This document shows, piece after piece, positions 25,561 to 32,156 of a stretch of 32,156 bases of DNA. Both the position numbers and the translations under genes were made by a program. This DNA comes from a virus (lineage: Duplodnaviria > Caudoviricetes): IMG/VR virus record IMGVR_UViG_3300020044_004457, positions 1-32,156 of that record; one strand, written 5' to 3'. How positions within the stretch are numbered: the first letter of the stretch is position 1; each line of letters opens with the position of its first letter. The notes under the pieces are model-generated. The model saw nothing but the letters and a program-made list of their open reading frames with translations. It did not search any database and was not told where the DNA came from.

Positions 25561-25775
25561 GACATTGCCTCCTCAAGCGAAGCGCAACGCACCAAGCCAT
25601 TGTGAGGAACAAAGCTGTAGAAACGGCCAGTAGAAGGCTGCCAAAGGGCGTAGAGGTCGGGGCGGTAATCGCCGGGGGTTGCTACCTTGGCAACCACTTC
25701 AAGGCCCTTGATGAAACCGACGCTAACAGTGTCGCCTTGATTCCATGTTTGCTTTGCTTTTGTTGAATATGCCAT
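25554..25775 (-). CDS. Hypothetical phage protein, 73 aa
   Basis: AAAGGA RBS; KQ.W..G.TV.VGF, TPGDY.PD.Y.L, Y.FVPHNG. Confidence 0.7.
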   Translation of the reverse strand: MAYSTKAKQTWNQGDTVSVGFIKGLEVVAKVATPGDYRPDLYALWQPSTGRFYSFVPHNGLVRCASLEEAMSW

Positions 25776-25815
25776 TTTGATGTCCTTTCAAAGTCCGCCC
25801 GTTCGCGGTAAAACC

Positions 25816-25845
25816 CTCTTAGCAGCCATGTCGCACAATGCAACA
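25816..25845 (-). promoter_or_regulatory. Promoter TTGCAT-N16-TAAGAG overlapped by operator-like inverted repeat TGTTGCA-TTG-TGCGACA
   Basis: 7-bp arms with one mismatch (25829-25845) covering the -35 box. Confidence 0.55.
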
Positions 25846-25867
25846 ACAAAATGCACCTCCCCGCAAA

Positions 25868-26041
25868 TTATTTTACTGCCTCGCGCCAAACCCATTTTGC
25901 CCATTCACGCAATGACGCTGGCCAGTTGTATCCGCGCCACCTTGCTGTCAGTTCGGCTTTGGTCATGTTTCCGTCTTGGTGTTTTGCTATGTCTATTAGA
26001 AGGGCTAGGCAAGGGGATTTGTGGCGGATTTCATCGGTCAT
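25868..26041 (-). CDS. 57-aa Trp-rich hypothetical protein MTDEIRHKSPC... (not in ORF track)
   Basis: ATGA overlap with the initiator stop. Confidence 0.55.
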   Translation of the reverse strand: MTDEIRHKSPCLALLIDIAKHQDGNMTKAELTARWRGYNWPASLREWAKWVWREAVK

Positions 26042-26616
26042 TGCGTCCCGTATTTTCTGTCAAGAAATGCTTGGCGGTCATCGGCTGGCGAATTTACTGC
26101 CCTCAAATTAGAAAACTGGCCTTCAAGCAGTTTTGTTAGAGATTTTTCCTGTAGCACAAAATCAGGTCCGGCCTGCCAGCCACGGTCGTTCTCACCCCTG
26201 CAAAAGCTGGATTGGCCAACTGCAACGATTGCGCGGCGCAGGGCATCCTCACCAAAATCATTCAATCTCGACCGAAGCGCAGCCTTTCGTTGCCGTGACA
26301 TGGCTTGGCAGGATGGTAGCCCAGCCGGTTTAGCCATTGCGTTCCACGTTCCGACAAAATCGAATTGGGGGGTAAGGGGGGTTATTTTCTTTGCGGGGGG
26401 GGTTAGATATATTTCATTGGGGGGGGCGCTTTCTTTTGTCACGTGACATAACGTGACGTCACGTGACGCGGCATTTCGCAACCTCTTTGATTGTTGGCGT
26501 TCACGGTCGCTAGCCCGGCGCTTTTCCACCGCAGCGGATTCAGCCAAAAGCATAGCGACAGCCGAGATAACATCGGCGTCTGCCCCCAAGTCAATTATGC
26601 GTTGCAGTAGATTCAT
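26038..26616 (-). CDS. Replication initiator-like protein
   Basis: Coupled to DnaB; RRASDRERQ helix, Pro-rich linker, C-terminal WN..A...L..C..M...R...L..R...F..G.N.RGW.A..DF.L......K.LEG domain. Confidence 0.7.
   Translation of the reverse strand: MNLLQRIIDLGADADVISAVAMLLAESAAVEKRRASDRERQQSKRLRNAASRDVTLCHVTKESAPPNEIYLTPPAKKITPLTPQFDFVGTWNAMAKPAGLPSCQAMSRQRKAALRSRLNDFGEDALRRAIVAVGQSSFCRGENDRGWQAGPDFVLQEKSLTKLLEGQFSNLRAVNSPADDRQAFLDRKYGTQ
26367..26467. repeat. Putative replication origin: four G-tracts with AT-rich spacers plus three tandem 10-bp repeats (GTCACGTGAC ATAACGTGAC GTCACGTGAC)
   Basis: Repeats at 26438-26467; G6/G6/G8/G8 runs at 26367-26426; inside the initiator gene as in lambda O. 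Confidence 0.55.
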
Positions 26617-27983
26617 GCCCCACGCACCGCCTGAAACTGCCCAAAGAATTGCCCTTCAGACTTACCAGTTTCGCCGTTTCTCCTTTTCGCTACGATAAAT
26701 TCAATCTGCAGCTTGGCCGCTTCATACTTGGCGCTCCAGCTACCCCAAGTAGGGTCCGCCTTGTCAGGCTCATCCTGCTTCATGTAATATGCTTGGCGCA
26801 CCAGAAACACAACACCATCGGCGTCTTGCTCAATCTGGCCGCTGTCCCTTAGGTCGGCAAGCTGTGGCACCCTGTCAGGCCGCTTTTCAACTTCGCGGCT
26901 CAACTGCGCCAGCGCCATGATTGTAACGCCGTGCGTCTTTGCAATGGCCTTGAGTGCCATGCTGATTTCGCTCACCTTCTCATACATTCCCCGCGTCTGG
27001 TAATCAGGGGAGAGCAACTGCAGATAATCGACAATCACTAGGTCTAGGCTTTGCCCCGCAGCTTCCATGCGGCGCTTTGTCCGCATTACCAGCATCGACA
27101 GGCGGGCTGTAGTGAGCTTGCCCGCATCGATAACGCGCAGCGGCATATCAGCCAGCATATTGCGGGCCTTCCAGACTTCTCGCTTTTGCTTGTCAGTCAG
27201 GTCGCCATCACGGATATTGCTATACAGAACGCCCTTGTGACCATCGAACGCAAGGTCCGACAGCATCCGCGCGGATAATTCAGTGCCGGACATTTCAAGG
27301 CTCACATACATCGTTCCAAAGCCGGATTGCGCCGCGCCAAGGGCATAGGACAATGCAACGGCGGTCTTCCCCATGCCGGGGCGTCCGGCAAGGATGATGA
27401 GTTCCTTTGGCCGCAACTTGCCCACAATCCTGTCCATATCGGGAATGGTGCTGCAGGTGACGCCGTTCTTGGGGTCGTTGAAGCTGTTTATCAGCGCGTC
27501 AGCACACTGCAGGGCCGTGAATTGCTCCACGCCATCCGATGTAGTGTTGTCGGTCAATGCAGCATCTGCAGCGGCCATGACATCGCCAAGGTCTGCAGAT
27601 GGGTCGGCAATCATCGCACATGCCCCGTCAAGCCCTGCCAGCATATTGCGGCGGCGGGAAAGCTCTGCGACTATCTCAATTGCGTTATCAAACGTCACGT
27701 GTGCGCCGGTCGTGGCGGCAAGGTTCATTAGGTAGGCAGCGCCGCCCTTTTGCGCCAATCCTTCGATTGCTTCAAAATATGGCTTGAGAGTTACCGGTGT
27801 AACCTGCTTTCCGGTCGCGCCTTCCTTTACGATAATCTCAAACAGCGCTGCGTGGGTTGCATCGGCAAAGTCTGCAGGAATAAGTCTGTCTGCAGCACGG
27901 TCGATTGCAGCATTGGCCTGAAAGAGTGTCCCTATCAGGTCCGCCTCTGCAGCGACGTTGTAAAGGCTTTCTGGAATGTTCAT
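26613..27983 (-). CDS. dnaB: Replicative DNA helicase DnaB-like
   Basis: AGRPGMGKT, SLEMS, IVDYLQL, LAQLSR, DLRDSGQIEQDAD, K.RNG.TG. Confidence 0.95.
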   Translation of the reverse strand: MNIPESLYNVAAEADLIGTLFQANAAIDRAADRLIPADFADATHAALFEIIVKEGATGKQVTPVTLKPYFEAIEGLAQKGGAAYLMNLAATTGAHVTFDNAIEIVAELSRRRNMLAGLDGACAMIADPSADLGDVMAAADAALTDNTTSDGVEQFTALQCADALINSFNDPKNGVTCSTIPDMDRIVGKLRPKELIILAGRPGMGKTAVALSYALGAAQSGFGTMYVSLEMSGTELSARMLSDLAFDGHKGVLYSNIRDGDLTDKQKREVWKARNMLADMPLRVIDAGKLTTARLSMLVMRTKRRMEAAGQSLDLVIVDYLQLLSPDYQTRGMYEKVSEISMALKAIAKTHGVTIMALAQLSREVEKRPDRVPQLADLRDSGQIEQDADGVVFLVRQAYYMKQDEPDKADPTWGSWSAKYEAAKLQIEFIVAKRRNGETGKSEGQFFGQFQAVRGA

Positions 27984-28168
27984 TTTGCGAACAACATAGC
28001 CCAATGATTATGGGCCTCCAAAACAGCTTGCCCAAAATCAGGCAAATCAGAAACAACCGGATTGGCGGCGTGATATTGCGACAAAGCGCAGTAAATATGC
28101 CACGCAGCGTCAACTTGCTTGTTTTGGGGGTTGCCCTTGGGGGCGTCAATCGGTATTACATTCGACAT
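27980..28168 (-). CDS. Hypothetical protein, 62 aa
   Basis: GGAAGG RBS; ATGA overlap with dnaB. Confidence 0.6.
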   Translation of the reverse strand: MSNVIPIDAPKGNPQNKQVDAAWHIYCALSQYHAANPVVSDLPDFGQAVLEAHNHWAMLFAK

Positions 28169-28235
28169 CGGTTGGCCTTCCATAGCTAGCCACGTAAGCA
28201 GATGTCAGAGCCGTTACACTCTCCATCTGGCCGAT

Positions 28236-28264
28236 ACCTTAGCCAGCATCAAAATATCTGGCAA
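28236..28264 (-). promoter_or_regulatory. Sigma70-type promoter TTGCCA-N17-TAAGGT upstream of the replication genes
   Basis: 17-bp spacer; GCCAG-N11-CTGGC inverted repeat across -35/spacer; leader hairpin follows. Confidence 0.5.
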
Positions 28265-28303
28265 GCCCCGGCGGAAATAATTTCATCTCAAACCAATATC
28301 CAC

Positions 28304-28684
28304 TTAACGCCAACCTTTCGACGTAAGCCAATCGGCCAAAGTATCTTGCGACCTAAAAACGCCCACGTCATGACCCGCGTTAGCCATATCTGCCAGCAAT
28401 ATGCCTTGATCCTCTGACAAAGCGCTACCAGCCTTAAATTCGCAGAAGGCGACCTTGCCGGGGTTCTTCATGCCCCCTATGATGATAGCATCTACCATGC
28501 CCTTCTTGACGCCCTCTTGCTTGATTAGGCGCTGGCCGTAGAAACCACGCTTGCCGCCGTTCGGGATTGCTGCAAATACGCAATCGAATTGAGCTTCGAC
28601 GCGCATTTTGCACGACGCTTGAATTGCTGCCTCACTTGCCAGCTTTGGCGCAACTTTGGGCATATCGTAATGATACGCCTTCAT
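28304..28684 (-). CDS. VRR-NUC domain (PD-(D/E)xK) nuclease, putative Holliday junction resolvase
   Basis: SEAAIQ, AIPNGGKR, EGVKKGMVD, FCEFKA, LSEDQ. Confidence 0.8.
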   Translation of the reverse strand: MKAYHYDMPKVAPKLASEAAIQASCKMRVEAQFDCVFAAIPNGGKRGFYGQRLIKQEGVKKGMVDAIIIGGMKNPGKVAFCEFKAGSALSEDQGILLADMANAGHDVGVFRSQDTLADWLTSKGWR

Positions 28685-29022
28685 GCCTTCAACGCCTCCA
28701 GCATTGCCCTGCATGACGCAACATTCGCGCCCATAACACCGCCGTGCTTTATGCCATATTCAAGGCAAGCCTTAGCAAGCGGGTCGATGCCGCCTCTAGT
28801 TGTTCTTAGGGGCTGGTGCATCGCAATCGGATCGTCTGCGTATTTAGACCGATGGCGCGGCTGGCTATCAGTAGGCTTGCGGGCCGGGGCTTGCAGCATA
28901 TTGTCAATGTCGGCGATACTGTAGCGCGTTGCGAATTGCCGGTTTACGTGGGATGTAACCGCGCCACGGTCGCTGATATAGCTGGCGAGGTGTGTTGCTA
29001 GGATTTGATGTTCGCGGGTCAT
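28681..29022 (-). CDS. Hypothetical protein
   Basis: ATGA overlaps at both ends. Confidence 0.6.
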   Translation of the reverse strand: MTREHQILATHLASYISDRGAVTSHVNRQFATRYSIADIDNMLQAPARKPTDSQPRHRSKYADDPIAMHQPLRTTRGGIDPLAKACLEYGIKHGGVMGANVASCRAMLEALKA

Positions 29023-29213
29023 GCCTTGCCCTTCAATGATTGAGGCTCGCCGAAGCAGGCGTCCAGATACCGTTGGCGGCGGTCCATAGACCATGCTGCA
29101 AAGCGCCTGTCGCGTAAGTCGGGGCGGGGCTTTAAGGTGCTTTCCAGTGCGCGCAATGCCTTGCGGCGTTTGTAGAGCGCATAGGATAGCTTTAGGTTTG
29201 AAAGGATAGTCAT
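29019..29213 (-). CDS. Hypothetical basic protein
   Basis: ATGA overlaps at both ends. Confidence 0.6.
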   Translation of the reverse strand: MTILSNLKLSYALYKRRKALRALESTLKPRPDLRDRRFAAWSMDRRQRYLDACFGEPQSLKGKA

Positions 29214-29431
29214 GCTGCCCACCCCATCACCGTTGTATGGTGCTTTCCTACCAATCGGCCAATTTTGGGATATGAATATCCGCTATCCCGAAAATGCAAA
29301 ACAATGCTTTTTCGAGCCAGTCTTAGCGATAAGCATTGATTACGCCGGTGGCTGAAAATATCATCATGCGATACGCCGTGCCTTTGTGCGATGTCTGCAA
29401 TTACCATCATGCTGCGTTCCCTTGATGTCAT
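29210..29431 (-). CDS. Stand-alone DnaA C-terminal (domain IV)-like HTH protein
   Basis: IA..HGVS..DI.S.RR......AR...SYPKIGR.VGKHHTTVM. Confidence 0.8.
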   Translation of the reverse strand: MTSRERSMMVIADIAQRHGVSHDDIFSHRRNQCLSLRLARKSIVLHFRDSGYSYPKIGRLVGKHHTTVMGWAA

Positions 29432-30417
29432 GCTGCGATGTCGAACATATCGGATGAAGATTGTTCAGCTTCTTTCATGTTGCGGTTAGCTTGCTCCGCA
29501 TACTCTGGCTTCAATTCAAATCCCAGATACTTGCGGCGCATACGGATGGCCTCATAACCAGTACTGCCAATGCCATTGAACGGGTCCATAACCACGTCAC
29601 CCGGCTTTGTGTAAAGCTTCAAGCATCGCTTAATCGTATCGAGCTGCAACGGGCAAACATGGCGTTCATCGCCAGCGCCCTTCATGCGGTTTAGGACATT
29701 GCCTTGCTGAATATCCATCCATACAGGCGATGCGATTTTCTGCCAGTCGTAAACGTCAAACTTGGCGTCTTCGATTAGTTCGGCTAGAATATCGTCCGGC
29801 GGAATTGCCCCTACTAGCCCTTGCCGCTGCATATATTCCAGATTTTCGCGGGCAATCTTTAGCGCGGTCTTATCATCGGTCGGCGCGGCATGGCTAATAG
29901 GCTCAAGGTTCTCGCCATCCTTGCGGAAAAACAGCATATAGTCAGGCATGCCGACGCGGTTCATCACGCTGTCTTTTCGTATCTGCTTATAGAGCAATCC
30001 CAAAGCCTTTGTGCGCTGCATTTCCACCACGGGGTCTTTCCAGATAGTAGCGCGGCCATGATAAATCAGGCCAGCATCCTGATGCGCTTTAATCAGGTCG
30101 CCGCTAAAATCCTGCAAGCCGATTGCGCCATGCCTGCCTTTACGCATTGGTATGTCAGTGCAGTGAACGCATACCATCCGGCCTACCCGCATGACGCGGG
30201 TGAGCGCTTGCGCAAAAAACTTGTATTGCTCGAAAAACGCAGGGCCTTCACCGGCATTGCCTATGTCACGTTCGCTGTCCGAATAGACAAATAGGTCGCC
30301 AAAAGGAGGGCTGAAAATAGAACAATCAACCGATCCTTCAGGCATAGCTGCCATACCCTCTACACAATCCGAATTATGGATAGCCCATCCGTTACCTTGA
30401 TATTCTGGCTGTTTCAT
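29428..30417 (-). CDS. Orphan DNA amino-methyltransferase (m4C/m6A, beta class)
   Basis: Motif IV FSPPF precedes motif I DPFNGIGSTG; H.CP.Q; probable start MKQPEY. Confidence 0.9.
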   Translation of the reverse strand: MKQPEYQGNGWAIHNSDCVEGMAAMPEGSVDCSIFSPPFGDLFVYSDSERDIGNAGEGPAFFEQYKFFAQALTRVMRVGRMVCVHCTDIPMRKGRHGAIGLQDFSGDLIKAHQDAGLIYHGRATIWKDPVVEMQRTKALGLLYKQIRKDSVMNRVGMPDYMLFFRKDGENLEPISHAAPTDDKTALKIARENLEYMQRQGLVGAIPPDDILAELIEDAKFDVYDWQKIASPVWMDIQQGNVLNRMKGAGDERHVCPLQLDTIKRCLKLYTKPGDVVMDPFNGIGSTGYEAIRMRRKYLGFELKPEYAEQANRNMKEAEQSSSDMFDIAA

Positions 30418-30418
30418 A

Positions 30419-31813
30419 TTATGCTGCCTTCTCGCTCTGAATCCATTCAGGGAACGCAAGGTCAATCGGACGCTCATATTTCACTCTGGTCGCCGATTGA
30501 CTTTGCGCTTTGCCCATAGCTTGCGCCATGCGCCGCTTCATTTCTTCGTGATTACGGGACTTCATATTTACCGTGTCCCAGACGGTGTTTTCCGTATCGG
30601 AAATTACAATGTCGTTTCGCACTCTTTCGGTCTGCCCGAAACGATGCGAACGACGCGCAGCTTGATAATGCTGCTCATAGCTAAACGATATGCTGGCGAA
30701 TACCGCGTGAGCGCAATGTTGCCAGTTAACGCCAAACCCTGCAAGCTTAGGCTTGCAAACAATGGCGCGATATTGACCATCGGCAAAGCCTAGTAAGCGC
30801 CGCTCTTTTTCGTCAGGGTCAAGCGCACCATGCACTTCAATCGCCCCGTCCACCATCTTTGATAGCAAGGCGCTTTCGTCATTAGTTTCGCACCATACCG
30901 TCACCGGCTTATCGTGGTTTGCCAGCGACGATGCCAGTTCGCAACGGTCCTGAATTGTTATCCTCTTTTCTTTATGGAATGACGTTGCCGACATTTCAGG
31001 GATAGCAAACAACATGCCTTCATCGGCGTCAATTGATATATCCCTGCGAACCATGTGAATTTGCCGGTCAATCTCTGGCAGGATATAACCCGTATCATCG
31101 CCGCCAAGGTCGCTAGGCAATGTCGCACAACGCGACCAGCTTGCAACCCACTGCCAAAAATCATCAATGGCATGGCCCTTTAAGCGCCAATCCTGCGATG
31201 CTGTCGCGGTGTCATTGATAAACCATTTCGATAGCATTTCCTGCTGCCGCATAATGCCCATAAATTCGGCATGGTTGCCAAGTTCGGTATGGTCATTCGG
31301 GCTTGGCGTTGCAGTTGCAGCAAGACGATATGGCGTGTCGCGGAATGCTTCGGTTAGGCGCGTCCGGGTCTGGCCTGCAAATGATTTAAGGATGCTGCTT
31401 TCATCAAGAACAACAGCGCCAAAGCAAGAGGGGTCCAGTTTTTGCAGTCGCTCGTAATTGGCAACCATAATGCCTTGCCCGACTTCGGATTGTTCACGCA
31501 CTTGGCGGGCGTCAATGTTAAACTTTTGCCCTTCCCTTACCATCTGAGCCGCAACCGCGAGAGGTGTCAGGATAAGCGATGGCCTGCCGGTTTCTTCGGC
31601 ACATTGCTTGGCAAATTCTAGTTCACAAAGCGACTTGCCTAGCCCCGTTTCCAGAAACAATGCAGCGCGGCCTTTGTTCAATGCATAATCGACAGCTACC
31701 CGTTGATGGTGCTTCATGGCATCAGGCATTGCTTTTGGAGTAAAGCCATGGCGCGATTGTGCGCCAGCCTTGGCGGCAATGTATGCGCGATATTCTTCGA
31801 TATTGACGCTCAT
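30419..31813 (-). CDS. SF2 (SNF2-like) helicase/ATPase
   Basis: ETGLGKS, NYERL, VVLDESS, ATATPSPND, GFGVNWQ, QAARRSHRFGQ. Confidence 0.9.
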   Translation of the reverse strand: MSVNIEEYRAYIAAKAGAQSRHGFTPKAMPDAMKHHQRVAVDYALNKGRAALFLETGLGKSLCELEFAKQCAEETGRPSLILTPLAVAAQMVREGQKFNIDARQVREQSEVGQGIMVANYERLQKLDPSCFGAVVLDESSILKSFAGQTRTRLTEAFRDTPYRLAATATPSPNDHTELGNHAEFMGIMRQQEMLSKWFINDTATASQDWRLKGHAIDDFWQWVASWSRCATLPSDLGGDDTGYILPEIDRQIHMVRRDISIDADEGMLFAIPEMSATSFHKEKRITIQDRCELASSLANHDKPVTVWCETNDESALLSKMVDGAIEVHGALDPDEKERRLLGFADGQYRAIVCKPKLAGFGVNWQHCAHAVFASISFSYEQHYQAARRSHRFGQTERVRNDIVISDTENTVWDTVNMKSRNHEEMKRRMAQAMGKAQSQSATRVKYERPIDLAFPEWIQSEKAA

Positions 31814-32055
31814 GCCAATCCATCCTTAGCCATCTTGACGACTAGCCGTGCCGAGCCTGATTTTTGGCCTGCAAAGTGATTGCGGATGGCTGTCAATTCA
31901 TGGCGTAGTTTGCTTGCCTCTGCATGGGCTGCGTTCAATTCAAGGTTGACGCTTTTAATAGGAACATCACGCTTGCTGCCAGCGGACAGGCCAAACATGT
32001 ATGCAGTTATCCCGGTGATGATTACTATTGCACCGATGGTTAGTTGTAGGGTCAT
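31810..32055 (-). CDS. Hypothetical protein with N-terminal TM helix
   Basis: GGAGG RBS; ATGA overlap with the helicase. Confidence 0.65.
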   Translation of the reverse strand: MTLQLTIGAIVIITGITAYMFGLSAGSKRDVPIKSVNLELNAAHAEASKLRHELTAIRNHFAGQKSGSARLVVKMAKDGLA

Positions 32056-32126
32056 ATTGCCTCCAGTGGGATATATTGCAGTGGAACGCGAAACTCTGCG
32101 CGGTCAAAGCGGGTTATGAGATAGCA

Positions 32127-32156
32127 CCGGCTGGCCAACAGGGAAAAACCAGCCGG
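32127..32156. repeat. Inverted repeat CCGGCTGG-N14-CCAGCCGG at the window edge
   Basis: Perfect 8-bp arms; may extend beyond the window. Confidence 0.55.

Larger units (their letters stand above)
269..32055 (-). mobile_element. Podovirus-like phage/prophage genome segment (replication, packaging, morphogenesis, lysis)
   Basis: Co-oriented P22-like gene order; no tape-measure or sheath gene; no integrase or att site in the window. Confidence 0.95.

Noticed and set aside
28239-28286. 15-aa ORF MKLFPPGLARYFDAG
   Set aside because: No RBS; overlaps a better-supported promoter
2514-31457. Many long + strand ORFs in the track (e.g. 2514-3278, 5059-5493, 19442-19996, 19870-20436)
   Set aside because: Antisense shadows of well-supported - strand genes; no motifs recognised
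1-32156. tRNA, CRISPR array, integrase/att, IS, reverse transcriptase/DGR, intein or intron
   Set aside because: None seen by eye; TerL, DnaB and helicase have ordinary lengths with contiguous motifs

Overview
About 32 kb of a short-tailed (podovirus-like, P22-type virion module) dsDNA phage or prophage, probably from an alphaproteobacterial, Sphingomonadales-like host (host is inference). Nearly all genes lie on the - strand and many are coupled by ATGA/TAATG overlaps. In transcription order (right to left): SNF2-like helicase, DNA methyltransferase, DnaA-C-like HTH, VRR-NUC nuclease, DnaB helicase and a replication initiator with an internal iteron/G-tract region; a small promoter/operator/XRE cassette; terminase small and large subunits, portal, GroES co-chaperonin, scaffold and capsid; head-tail adaptor, five extra fibre-like genes, gp10-like nozzle and needle-position protein; a 2OG-Fe(II) hydroxylase plus GNAT pair; three ejection proteins and a lytic transglycosylase; a beta-helix tailspike; two unannotated peptide genes coupled to a multi-TM membrane protein; and a lysis cassette (holin-like proteins, GH19 endolysin, i-spanin with embedded o-spanin). 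The most notable hidden signals are (1) a candidate programmed +1 frameshift (internal AGGAGGT, GCAA-tetraloop hairpin, UUU-C) fusing an ejection protein to the transglycosylase, (2) a peptide/membrane-protein module just upstream of the lysis genes, (3) a 19-bp palindrome shared by two late intergenic regions, (4) an ejection gene with no canonical start codon at its expected N-terminus, and (5) a leaderless antisense peptide at the position of P22 sieA. No tRNA, CRISPR array, integrase or IS was seen. All calls come from reading motifs and synteny; no database search was run.
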